Source: a virus (Duplodnaviria; Caudoviricetes). From it: a stretch of DNA of 26,310 nucleotides. How positions within the stretch are numbered: position 1 is the stretch's first letter; each line of letters opens with the position of its first letter. Below, piece after piece: positions 1-7,722 of the stretch. A program made the position numbers and the translations under genes. The notes under the pieces are model-generated. The model saw only the letters and a list, made by a program, of their open reading frames with translations, had not been told where the DNA came from and did not search any database. The DNA lies in IMG/VR virus record IMGVR_UViG_3300014775_001835, positions 1 to 26,310 of that record; one strand, written 5' to 3'.

Positions 1-1160
1 TTGTAATGATATATTCTACCAGTTATCATACTAGTAGTTCCTCCAAAGTAAACTACATCTCCATTAGCATCGCCATCAGTAGTCGATGATTTTTCTAGTT
101 CAATTTTTGTAGGTTTAATATCACCTGCTACATAAGAAGCAGTAGCAACACTCATAGAACTTGTTTGAGAATTAGCCACAGCTCCAATAAGAGTAGGCAT
201 ATTAGATACACTTATAGATTGCATTATTTGTGGAGCACCGTTTGGATCTGCTACAAAACCTGCTATATGTGTTGAAGTAGTCGAATTAAGTGCTTTAAAT
301 GCAGGTCCATTAGCAGCATTTATTTCAATATCATTATCTTGAATTGTAGTTGTAGAGCCTACAGATTTAATAGTTGCATCAGCAACAAGTTCTCCTCCTT
401 TACAGATATAGAAAGAATCGCCATCATGTTGAAATGCTACATTCGCTTGAGCTATATCGCCACTATCACTACCACTAGTTATCTTAAAACTTTTTACATT
501 GTGTATAAGAAATTCTCCAGGATTACCTTGACCTAAATAATTAGTATTCAGATCTATTAATTCTACCTCACCTATTTTTAACATATTATGGTGACCAGCG
601 GCCATAGCTCCTGAAATAATAAGTCCAGAACCTGTGATTTGAAGTTCTTGGAATAAAGTACCAAATGCTGAGTCATATCCGACTATATAGGTTCCTACTT
701 CAACGTGAGAATTTGAGGGACCATTAACTTCAAAGGTTGAAAATGGTTGAGCTATATTATCAGCTGCTACATAAGAAGCGGTAGCAACACTCATAGAACT
801 AGTTTGAGAGTTCTGTATATAAGAAGACAAATCTTGATCGCCCGTGTTAGTACCGCTTAGATTTGTAGCAGTAATATCGCCATTAACATACACACTACCC
901 GTAAATTGATGCGTGTCGTCTGCACTATCGCCAAATATTGTCGAACCGCTTTGCTGTTGGAATGTTATATTAGTGACAGATGATGAAACTATATACTGTT
1001 CTGCCGTTAATGTACCTACAGTAAAGTTTTGGCTTACGCCAGATCCATTGCCATAGAATAAATTCCCATCTGCGACGTTGATTGCCAACTCGCCGGTTTG
1101 CAGTGAACTAGGAGCATTGCCGGCAGTCGTACTATGTTTTATTTTAATCGTTGTAGCCAT
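1..1160 (-). CDS. Tail fibre/virion appendage-like protein, 3'-partial (runs off window; not in ORF track)
   Basis: Manual translation from ATG at 1160 gives MATTIKIKHSTTAGNAPSSLQTGELAINVADGNLFYGNG...SGSTIFGDSADDTHQFTGSV... with no stop before base 1. The N-terminus resembles the GELAIN-type anchoring segment of phage fibres; the protein is Gly/Ser/Thr-rich. Confidence 0.75.
   Translation of the reverse strand, partial: MATTIKIKHSTTAGNAPSSLQTGELAINVADGNLFYGNGSGVSQNFTVGTLTAEQYIVSSSVTNITFQQQSGSTIFGDSADDTHQFTGSVYVNGDITATNLSGTNTGDQDLSSYIQNSQTSSMSVATASYVAADNIAQPFSTFEVNGPSNSHVEVGTYIVGYDSAFGTLFQELQITGSGLIISGAMAAGHHNMLKIGEVELIDLNTNYLGQGNPGEFLIHNVKSFKITSGSDSGDIAQANVAFQHDGDSFYICKGGELVADATIKSVGSTTTIQDNDIEINAANGPAFKALNSTTSTHIAGFVADPNGAPQIMQSISVSNMPTLIGAVANSQTSSMSVATASYVAGDIKPTKIELEKSSTTDGDANGDVVYFGGTTSMITGRIYHY
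125..812. repeat. 49-bp direct repeat pair (125-173 and 764-812) encoding NSQTSSMSVATASYVA
   Basis: The two copies are 639 bp apart and differ at 3 positions, all synonymous in the minus-strand frame. Confidence 0.85.
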
Positions 1161-1166
1161 ATCATA

Positions 1167-1176
1167 TATAAATATC
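1167..1176 (-). promoter_or_regulatory. Putative phage late promoter motif GATATTTATA
   Basis: One of 8 ATATTTATW copies upstream of genes; 6 nt before the ATG at 1160. Confidence 0.6.
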
Positions 1177-1179
1177 TAA

Positions 1180-1449
1180 TTAGAACGAACCGCCTTCTAT
1201 TACCGAAACAAATGATGCAGTTGCAACCGACATACTAGATGTTATAGAATTTAATACAAATTCGGCCGAGCTCGAAATTATTCCGGATGGTAACTCTGTT
1301 AAAAATGATCCGGTTTGTACATTTGTTACAATTCCTAACGAATTGCCTAATCCGTCTGCAAATGCAACAGGCGATTGCGTAGTATCAGCTTGTACCAATA
1401 CTTGGAACGATTGCGAAATGTATTGACCTGATAAGTTGCCGAATGGCAT
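1180..1449 (-). CDS. Small hypothetical virion protein ending IEGGSF
   Basis: 89-aa ORF with GAGG 6 nt before ATG. Shares SSMSVATAS with the downstream gene and the terminal IEGG[ST]F with 22724..23971. Confidence 0.7.
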   Translation of the reverse strand: MPFGNLSGQYISQSFQVLVQADTTQSPVAFADGLGNSLGIVTNVQTGSFLTELPSGIISSSAEFVLNSITSSMSVATASFVSVIEGGSF

Positions 1450-1457
1450 TTATAACC

Positions 1458-2009
1458 TCATTTTTTTGCTAATCCTCGAAGGACGCCGTTTATAACTTTT
1501 TGTTGCTGTGATTCTGTTAAAGGATGATGTTTAGTGTATATGCCAATAATACGATTTACTTTATCACGCTTAACTGACAAGTTATTAATACTAATATCTT
1601 CCCGTACCAATAATTTGAGTATGTTAACTACGTGTTTAAAATCGTTAGATTGACGCTTAACATTGCTTACTTTAACAGATTCTGAAATCTTTTTCTTGTT
1701 TTGAGACTTAACCTCAACCGTAACTTGTTTAGATGCTTGTATTTCAAAGTCAGATGTCCATGGCGTGAAATACGTATCTTCAGCAATCACTTCCAATTTG
1801 ATTGAGCCTTTTGTATTTTCATCGACTAGGCCGCGCAATTTACGAATAGGAATAGAACACTTGCCAGTAGAATCGATTTTACCATTAAACATTAAGCTAT
1901 AATCAGCAGTTTCAACAACTAGTCTAGCTTTTGACTTTGCAAGACTAGCGCCTTTGATTTTTACATCACATTCAAATACTTCAGATTTGTCCGTATATAA
2001 TTTATACAT
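1458..2009 (-). CDS. Hypothetical protein (beta-rich N-terminal half, helical C-terminal half)
   Basis: 183-aa ORF packed in the operon; GGAG 7 nt before ATG. Confidence 0.7.
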   Translation of the reverse strand: MYKLYTDKSEVFECDVKIKGASLAKSKARLVVETADYSLMFNGKIDSTGKCSIPIRKLRGLVDENTKGSIKLEVIAEDTYFTPWTSDFEIQASKQVTVEVKSQNKKKISESVKVSNVKRQSNDFKHVVNILKLLVREDISINNLSVKRDKVNRIIGIYTKHHPLTESQQQKVINGVLRGLAKK

Positions 2010-2334
2010 GTATATTCTCCGCGATTATATCTATGTCTAATACTTCTTTTATCACCATTTGTACATCTTCTACTGTTATCTCCAAGTCATCCTTTATACT
2101 TTTCCTTCCTTCATACACTTTGATATCATTTTTGAATGTTACTACAAGGTCTATAACCTTTTTTCTATCCGTTTCTGGTAATGAATCTATTACTGTAATT
2201 ACATCTTTTCCAGGATCGGCTTCTATCGCATCGACAACTATTCGTGCTGTTTGTACTACCTCATTCCATTTTAATTGGATTGCAAACTTGCTTCCCCAAG
2301 TAAAGTTTGATTCACTCCATTTTTGATATCCCAT
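2002..2334 (-). CDS. Hypothetical protein
   Basis: 110-aa ORF overlapping the next gene by 8 nt; preceded by GATATTTATT. Confidence 0.7.
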   Translation of the reverse strand: MGYQKWSESNFTWGSKFAIQLKWNEVVQTARIVVDAIEADPGKDVITVIDSLPETDRKKVIDLVVTFKNDIKVYEGRKSIKDDLEITVEDVQMVIKEVLDIDIIAENIHV

Positions 2335-2338
2335 TTCT

Positions 2339-2348
2339 AATAAATATC
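2339..2348 (-). promoter_or_regulatory. Putative late promoter motif GATATTTATT
   Basis: ATATTTATW copy between the phoH stop and the ATG at 2334. Confidence 0.55.
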
Positions 2349-3014
2349 TTAGTTATAGCCATTTAACAATTCTAATAACTCATCAATTGATTCGTGTCTA
2401 TGATTATCTGTCAAGATAGTTTTATGTACAAATTGCGAATCTTTAATCTTTGCAACTTCATGTACTGCCGAATAATTTTTATCGCGCAAATCAATTTGTT
2501 GTGTATCGCCCGTAAACAACATTTTAGAATCTTTCCCCAATCTACCAATTGCCATGGCTAATTGTGATTTAGTTAAATTCTGAAATTCGTCGACTATTAC
2601 AACACAGTTATCAAATGTACGGCCACGGAAGTGTGCTAATGATACTAATTCAATTGCTTCTTCCTTTTCTAACCGTTCTAATATATCTGGCTTGTTGTAT
2701 ACTTTACGCATATTAGAACGAATAGGTACTAACCATGGTTCCATTTTTTCTCTTTCGGAGCCAGGTAAAAATCCATTATCTTCTGTTGATACCGTTGGCC
2801 TTGTAATAATAATCTTATTACATTCACGCTTAAAGTACATATCTAATGCAACCTGTACTGCTAACAAGGTTTTACCACTACCAGCTTTACCTACAAGAAA
2901 ATTAAAGGGATGCTTAAGGATCTGTGCCTTTGCTGCTTTTTGTTCATCTGACAAAGTAATTGAAAACCGGATTGGACCTTTAGGTGGGGTTTTCTCAATA
3001 TTCTGTTTTGCCAT
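2349..3014 (-). CDS. phoH: PhoH-family ATPase
   Basis: Walker A GKAGSGKT, IIITRP, GFLPG, RGRTF, Walker B VDEFQN, RLG and TGD..QID are all canonical PhoH motifs. Confidence 0.95.
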   Translation of the reverse strand: MAKQNIEKTPPKGPIRFSITLSDEQKAAKAQILKHPFNFLVGKAGSGKTLLAVQVALDMYFKRECNKIIITRPTVSTEDNGFLPGSEREKMEPWLVPIRSNMRKVYNKPDILERLEKEEAIELVSLAHFRGRTFDNCVVIVDEFQNLTKSQLAMAIGRLGKDSKMLFTGDTQQIDLRDKNYSAVHEVAKIKDSQFVHKTILTDNHRHESIDELLELLNGYN

Positions 3015-3029
3015 GTAACTCCTATTTTA

Positions 3030-3039
3030 TATAAATATG
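3030..3039 (-). promoter_or_regulatory. Putative late promoter motif CATATTTATA, followed by SD AGGAG
   Basis: Directly after the MCP terminator and upstream of phoH. Confidence 0.6.
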
Positions 3040-3041
3040 TA

Positions 3042-3069
3042 GAAAAGGGAGACCGAAGCCTCCCTTTCC
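3042..3069 (-). terminator. Intrinsic terminator after major capsid gene
   Basis: Minus strand reads GGAAAGGGAGGC-TTCG-GTCTCCCTTTTC: a stem with a cUUCGg tetraloop and U-rich 3' side. Confidence 0.85.
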
Positions 3070-3088
3070 ATTAGTATGCTATTACGAC

Positions 3089-4801
3089 TTAGATAGTGTC
3101 GAGACCAGCAATATGGATCTTTCCATAGAACTCTGGTCTGACCATCTTCTTGGCATAACGAGTCATTACACCCTTTCTTGGGGTGAAGTTTGATGGATCG
3201 TATACCAATGGGGTCATAATAAGTGGGATGTATGGAGCATAAACAGCACCTGTTTCAAGGAACTGTGTTCCTCTGTATCCCATCAAGATTGTATTCTCAG
3301 TCATATATGGGTTCTTGTAAACTTGGAATCTATTGTTAATAGCGCCAACTTTCTGAACACCCATTGCAAACTGTTGCTTATCGCCGTCTGTATCAGCAGC
3401 ATATCCAGGAATAGATTCGAGGATAGTTGCAACAGTTGGAGAACAAACTAAGAAGTTTGCACCGCCACGGAGGGTTAACTGGTGAATCTTGTTGCTAACC
3501 TTCTGGACCTTAGTTCCCAAAGTTTGGAACCAAGTACCTTGGTTGTATGCTTGAGCGGTTGCATTAGACTGAACGAAGGTGTTCGTACCGCCGTCAAACT
3601 CATAACCAATCTTAGCATTCCAACGCTCGACAGTCTGTGCATTGTTGGTTAACATGTCCAAAATTTCCAAGTCAATTTCTTGCGAAACGTACTCAGACAA
3701 CATGCTAGTCAATTCTGCTTCAGCGTCAATGCTGTGGTATGCATTAAGGTCTTGAGCAAACTCAGGAGTCCAAACAGCCTTCAACTTACGAGTCTTGGCA
3801 ACAATTGCCTCGCTTCTTAATTCCAAATTGATTTCTGGAATATCGAGAATTGAGGTATCGGTTAAGTCACCGTTTGTAGTAGCTTCAAAGTCGCCTCGAG
3901 TCTGGTCGGTTGGCTGCTGATGGTAAATGACACTACCGCTACCAATGTTTCCAGCTGTTTGAGCTAAGAAGTAGAAGTAAGTACCGTCATAACGCGTAAA
4001 CTCAGGAACGATTGTAGAAATACCAGAGCCGGACAAGTTAAACGCTCTATATCCGTTAGTATCGGGACGCGTTAACAAGCTTTCGGCAACTCGTACAACT
4101 TGGTATGTTCTGCTATTTGCAGCTGCGGAAGCAGAAAACTCTGAATTAAAGTTAGTGTACTTTTGTAACTGTAAATCAGTTAATGTAGTACCTTGAGCAC
4201 TAAAGGTTCCAGCTGCACCATTAAATGGATCAAATGAACCAGTAGCGAGTTGAGCATTTGCTAAACCAGTTAATGCTACATCATTAATAGTGTATCCGAA
4301 ACGACCGGGTCCGTACAAACCTTCGGTAGCAGCAGTTCCAGCAGGAACACTAGTACCATTTGCACCGGCATTAGTAATACCAAAGACTGAATCGGCTTGT
4401 GAAGTTCTACCTTGGCCAGTCAAGAAGTCATTACCACCTGCATTGCCGTCTGTACCTTGCTTCGTACCGTACTTAAAGTCTAAGAAGAATACGAGGCCGG
4501 AAGGCAAGTTCATTGGCTGAACACTAACAAAGTCTTTTGCAGCAATTTCTGCAAAGATTCTACGAACCAATGGAAGGGCAACACCAGCCCACTGTTCGTC
4601 ATTTGCGCCAGTACCAGTAACGTTAGCTTCTGATACCAACTGCTTGGCTTGGTTCTCTAAAAGAACGGCCATGCCTTTTCTTTCAACCTCAGAAGACAAT
4701 CCTTCCAAAAGGCCGGTACGTTGCCACTTTGATTCTAAAGCAGCAGCTTGGGCATTTTGGTTAGCTTGCGTTTCATGAGGTAATAAGGAATTTACATTCA
4801 T
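3089..4801 (-). CDS. Major capsid protein (T4 gp23-like)
   Basis: KW..TGLLEGL, LLENQ, PLVRR, VSVQPMNLPSGLVFFLD, AKTRKLKAVWTPEFAQDLNAYH, EAELTSMLSEYVSQEID, YAPYIPL, PRKGVMTRY. Confidence 0.97.
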   Translation of the reverse strand: MNVNSLLPHETQANQNAQAAALESKWQRTGLLEGLSSEVERKGMAVLLENQAKQLVSEANVTGTGANDEQWAGVALPLVRRIFAEIAAKDFVSVQPMNLPSGLVFFLDFKYGTKQGTDGNAGGNDFLTGQGRTSQADSVFGITNAGANGTSVPAGTAATEGLYGPGRFGYTINDVALTGLANAQLATGSFDPFNGAAGTFSAQGTTLTDLQLQKYTNFNSEFSASAAANSRTYQVVRVAESLLTRPDTNGYRAFNLSGSGISTIVPEFTRYDGTYFYFLAQTAGNIGSGSVIYHQQPTDQTRGDFEATTNGDLTDTSILDIPEINLELRSEAIVAKTRKLKAVWTPEFAQDLNAYHSIDAEAELTSMLSEYVSQEIDLEILDMLTNNAQTVERWNAKIGYEFDGGTNTFVQSNATAQAYNQGTWFQTLGTKVQKVSNKIHQLTLRGGANFLVCSPTVATILESIPGYAADTDGDKQQFAMGVQKVGAINNRFQVYKNPYMTENTILMGYRGTQFLETGAVYAPYIPLIMTPLVYDPSNFTPRKGVMTRYAKKMVRPEFYGKIHIAGLDTI

Positions 4802-4820
4802 TTTTAATTTCCTTTAATGA

Positions 4821-5765
4821 TTAGAGATTAGCTAATTTCTTCCAACGAGCGGCCAAATCATTACCTTCATTCAAGACTTGCTTGCGAGGTGCAGTTGATC
4901 TGCCAGCTGGCTTAGAAGCATAGCTTTCTTTGATTTGTCTTTTTGACTTATTCAATGAGAAACCTTCAGCTAATGTAGAGTAAATCAACTTAACTTCGCG
5001 CAAGTTACCTGCACGGTCAAAGTTTTCAATCACTTTCATTTTCTGAGATTCGTTCAATGAATAGTTTCTAAACAACTTGTTAGAGAACAACAATTTTGCA
5101 TTAAGAAGATTAACTTCGTTGATCTTAGACTTTAAGAAACGAATTACGTTGTAAGCCTCTTCGAGTTCAGCTTCCTTTTCTTCGCTTTCAGTAACTTCTT
5201 CCTCTTCGCCCTCTTCAACAGTGTCTTCACCTTCTTCTTCACGAAGTGCTCTAATGATTTCATCCAACGAAACGTCTTCGCCGTCTTCCTCTTCGAGTTC
5301 TTCTTCTTCGGTCAAGTCACCCTCTCCGGGGTCTTCGGTCTTAGAAGCGCCTTGATCAAGACTATTGTCGCCAGATCCGATTCCGGAGTCATCTAAATTC
5401 TCTTCCAACTCATCTTCTAATTCTTTGATGATGGCTTCGAGTTCTAAATCCTCTTCCTCTTCTACAGGCTCTTCCGCATACTCACCTTCTTCAATTTCCA
5501 TATCTTCTGCTTCTTCCATTTCCATGTCTTCCTCTTCGGCGACAGGCTCTTCTTCAGGAGCAGGTTCTGGTGCTGGAGCAGGAGCAGCAGCGGCTACGTC
5601 CTCTTCCTCTTCCATTTCCATTTCCTCTTCTTCAGAAAGTTTTGCAGATAACATGCTTTGAAGTCTGGGAGTGAATGCTTCTTCTAATGCAATTTTTGCA
5701 TTTGCTAACGCGGTTTCTCTAACAGCTTTTGCGTCCGCGATAGCCTCTTTTAAGAGATCATTCAT
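4821..5765 (-). CDS. Prohead core/scaffold protein (gp22-like)
   Basis: Immediately upstream of MCP; very acidic middle region, helical termini and C-terminal LNE...RWKKLANL; strong SD AGGAGG. Confidence 0.8.
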   Translation of the reverse strand: MNDLLKEAIADAKAVRETALANAKIALEEAFTPRLQSMLSAKLSEEEEMEMEEEEDVAAAAPAPAPEPAPEEEPVAEEEDMEMEEAEDMEIEEGEYAEEPVEEEEDLELEAIIKELEDELEENLDDSGIGSGDNSLDQGASKTEDPGEGDLTEEEELEEEDGEDVSLDEIIRALREEEGEDTVEEGEEEEVTESEEKEAELEEAYNVIRFLKSKINEVNLLNAKLLFSNKLFRNYSLNESQKMKVIENFDRAGNLREVKLIYSTLAEGFSLNKSKRQIKESYASKPAGRSTAPRKQVLNEGNDLAARWKKLANL

Positions 5766-5790
5766 TTTTTCCTCCTATTTAAATTGGAAA

Positions 5791-5855
5791 TGAGATTATT
5801 CTGAATCTCAATAAGTATTGATTGATACTTGAGTGACCGTATATTTGCATACGGT
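5791..5855 (-). promoter_or_regulatory. Structured 5' leader of scaffold gene (three adjacent hairpins)
   Basis: Inverted repeats on +: TGAGATT/AATCTCA (5791-5810), AAGTAT/ATACTT (5813-5830), ACCGTAT/ATACGGT (5836-5855). Confidence 0.55.
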
Positions 5856-5912
5856 ATCGTTTAACAATAATATATATTGACCTAGCAACGAAAACCGTTC
5901 ATATCGATAGTA

Positions 5913-5938
5913 GAAAAGACGACCTAAGTCGCCTTTTC
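5913..5938 (-). terminator. Intrinsic terminator after bS21 gene
   Basis: Minus strand reads GAAAAGGCGAC-TTAG-GTCGTCTTTTC, 15 nt after the bS21 stop. Confidence 0.8.
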
Positions 5939-5953
5939 GTTAATAGTTGCAAT

Positions 5954-6208
5954 TTACAACTGTCTCAAATTTTCTTGTTGAGCAATATACTTACGACGCT
6001 TTTTAGCTAAACGTCTTGTAACTGCCGGCTTTTCGAATTGCATACGATCTTTCAATGTCTGCAATTTGCCGGAATCTTTCAATTGGCGCTTCCAAGATTT
6101 AATAGCGTAATTGATATTAGATCTATTAAGCTTATCTCGGGTGACCTTAGCTCCACATTCTGCGCCAGGCAAGATCATTTGATGTTTAAGTAACTGTTTC
6201 TGATTCAT
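5954..6208 (-). CDS. rpsU: Phage-encoded 30S ribosomal protein bS21
   Basis: NINYAIKSWKRQLKDSGKLQTLKDRMQFEKPAVTRR matches the bS21 pattern (ALKRFKR...G...LR.R..FEKPS..RR). Small and basic; bS21 beside head genes is known in large phages. Confidence 0.88.
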   Translation of the reverse strand: MNQKQLLKHQMILPGAECGAKVTRDKLNRSNINYAIKSWKRQLKDSGKLQTLKDRMQFEKPAVTRRLAKKRRKYIAQQENLRQL

Positions 6209-6223
6209 ATATTCAATTTTGCT

Positions 6224-6255
6224 CTAATATAAGAACAATATCTTAAAAGATCAAA
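6224..6255 (-). promoter_or_regulatory. Bacteroidota primary-sigma-type promoter upstream of bS21
   Basis: TTTG-N20-TATATTAG, compared with the consensus TTTG-N19-21-TAnnTTTG (one mismatch). Confidence 0.55.
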
Positions 6256-6855
6256 TTATCGTAATCTTTTTGATTTAGTACTAGTCATATGATCATCAAA
6301 CGCAGGGCCGTAATCAGACACGCCAGCGGTATATTGATCTTCATCCAATGCAATTCCAGCACCTCCGTCGCTAATACCCGCAGTATATTCGTCCTCATCT
6401 AATGCAATGCCAGCAGCCCCATCACTTACACCCGCAGTATATTCATCTTCTCTTAATGCTTCGCCAATTTTATAGTATCTATTTAATACAGTTCCCATAT
6501 CATCATATGCAGATTCTAAACGCTGCTGTAAGCCTGACATTTCTTTAGCAGTCTTTTCAAATACTTTATATGCTTCATTCATCTGCTTCATATGTCTAGA
6601 AACCGTAACGTTATCAAACCAATGTTCTGATTCCGATAATGTTAACTTTTCAGCTTGCTCCATAATAGAACCTAAAGTTTTTGTAACTTCACGAAGCGAA
6701 TCCTGACGATATATCATTTCGCCAATTTTATGGAAGTTAGCGACTGTCTTCAAAAACGTGCGCTTTTCTTCGCTCGTCATTTTCTGTTCATCCTCTTCGC
6801 CTAAATATTTTTCATTGAGGATGTGCTTCATTAATTGTTTTTCATACTTAAGCAT
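6256..6855 (-). CDS. Hypothetical helical head-region protein with C-terminal 18-aa repeats
   Basis: The track starts it at 6885, but ATG at 6855 (MLKYEK) has GGAG 8 nt upstream and only an 8-nt overlap with the upstream gene, so it is preferred. Confidence 0.7.
   Translation of the reverse strand: MLKYEKQLMKHILNEKYLGEEDEQKMTSEEKRTFLKTVANFHKIGEMIYRQDSLREVTKTLGSIMEQAEKLTLSESEHWFDNVTVSRHMKQMNEAYKVFEKTAKEMSGLQQRLESAYDDMGTVLNRYYKIGEALREDEYTAGVSDGAAGIALDEDEYTAGISDGGAGIALDEDQYTAGVSDYGPAFDDHMTSTKSKRLR
6314..6450 (-). repeat. 54-bp tandem repeat (~2.5 copies), EDEYTAG[VI]SDG[AG]AGIALD
   Basis: Seen in the translation and in the DNA (cccgcagtatattc recurs at 54-bp spacing). Confidence 0.85.
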
Positions 6856-7138
6856 CGAATGCTCTCCGTTTTTTTGCTTGTTCAAGTAATCGTAGCATGC
6901 CTTCTAAATTAGTTTCAACACTACCACTATATCTTTTAATTACATTTACAGATTGTTCTGCTTTTTTAGCTACTATACCATATACCATTTCATCTTCGGC
7001 AATGGTTTCTAATTGACCGACGAGATCGCGTTGTGCAACTTGTAATGCTTCTATAACACCCTCAATTGCTTCGATATGCATATCATAATTAAATGAAAAG
7101 CTATCATCCTGTTCTTTTAATATAGATTTGAGCTTCAT
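6848..7138 (-). CDS. Hypothetical helical protein
   Basis: 96-aa ORF starting MKLKSILKE; ATGA overlap with the upstream small ORF. Confidence 0.7.
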   Translation of the reverse strand: MKLKSILKEQDDSFSFNYDMHIEAIEGVIEALQVAQRDLVGQLETIAEDEMVYGIVAKKAEQSVNVIKRYSGSVETNLEGMLRLLEQAKKRRAFDA

Positions 7139-7311
7139 GGGTTGTACTTTTCTGACGTCTTGCCTGGCTTAGATATCGGACCATACTTGCTAGCAGCTGT
7201 TTGCAATCCTTTACCATCTTCATATGCAAATGTATCGACAGTAGTGCCGGTGGTTGGCTTACCGTTTTCATTGGTCGGGCCAAGTTGCGATTTCATATCT
7301 TCTAATGGCAT
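7135..7311 (-). CDS. Small hypothetical protein, 58 aa (not in ORF track)
   Basis: MPLEDMKSQLGPTNENGKPTTGTTVDTFAYEDGKGLQTAASKYGPISKPGKTSEKYNP. Preceded by CATATTTATA and AAGGA; its TGA overlaps the next ATG. Confidence 0.7.
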   Translation of the reverse strand: MPLEDMKSQLGPTNENGKPTTGTTVDTFAYEDGKGLQTAASKYGPISKPGKTSEKYNP

Positions 7312-7325
7312 TGTTTTTCCTTTTT

Positions 7326-7335
7326 TATAAATATG
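7326..7335 (-). promoter_or_regulatory. Putative late promoter motif CATATTTATA
   Basis: ATATTTATW copy between the thermonuclease stop and the ATG at 7311. Confidence 0.6.
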
Positions 7336-7341
7336 AAATTA

Positions 7342-7722
7342 TCAACGTTTTCCGCCGTAGTATGCTACAGCATGCCCTTCTTCAATTAACTGCGTATTAA
7401 CATTGATAAGTGTGATGGGTGTATCTGTTGCTACTGGAGACAATGACTCTACATGTATAGTAGCCAATGCCCTGCCAAACTTCCCCAAACCGCTAACCTT
7501 TAACGCACATTTATTATCGTTATACTTTAATATTTCAGTTAGCCGTTCTTTTGCAGCCAATCCACGTTTCTTTTCCTCGAGATCTCTAGTACGTGTTTCC
7601 GGCGTATTAATTCCTTCTAAACGTACACGTATCTTTTTCCACGTATAAAATCCTAAGTCTATTGTACAGTCTATCGTATCGCCATCGACAACACGATCTA
7701 CTATTGCATTATATTCGTACAT
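7342..7722 (-). CDS. Thermonuclease (SNase-like) family protein
   Basis: RVVDGDTID, RVRLEGINTPE, KFGRALA, NTQLIEEGHA; no signal peptide seen. Confidence 0.9.
   Translation of the reverse strand: MYEYNAIVDRVVDGDTIDCTIDLGFYTWKKIRVRLEGINTPETRTRDLEEKKRGLAAKERLTEILKYNDNKCALKVSGLGKFGRALATIHVESLSPVATDTPITLINVNTQLIEEGHAVAYYGGKR

Noticed and set aside
125-812. Repeat pair as a DGR template/variable repeat
   Set aside because: Only 49 bp, both copies are in-frame coding, the differences are synonymous and not adenine-specific, and there is no reverse transcriptase in the window.
5766-5953. tRNA or known ncRNA in the largest intergenic gap
   Set aside because: No acceptor stem or T-loop (GTTCRA) was seen; reported only as a putative structured leader plus terminator.
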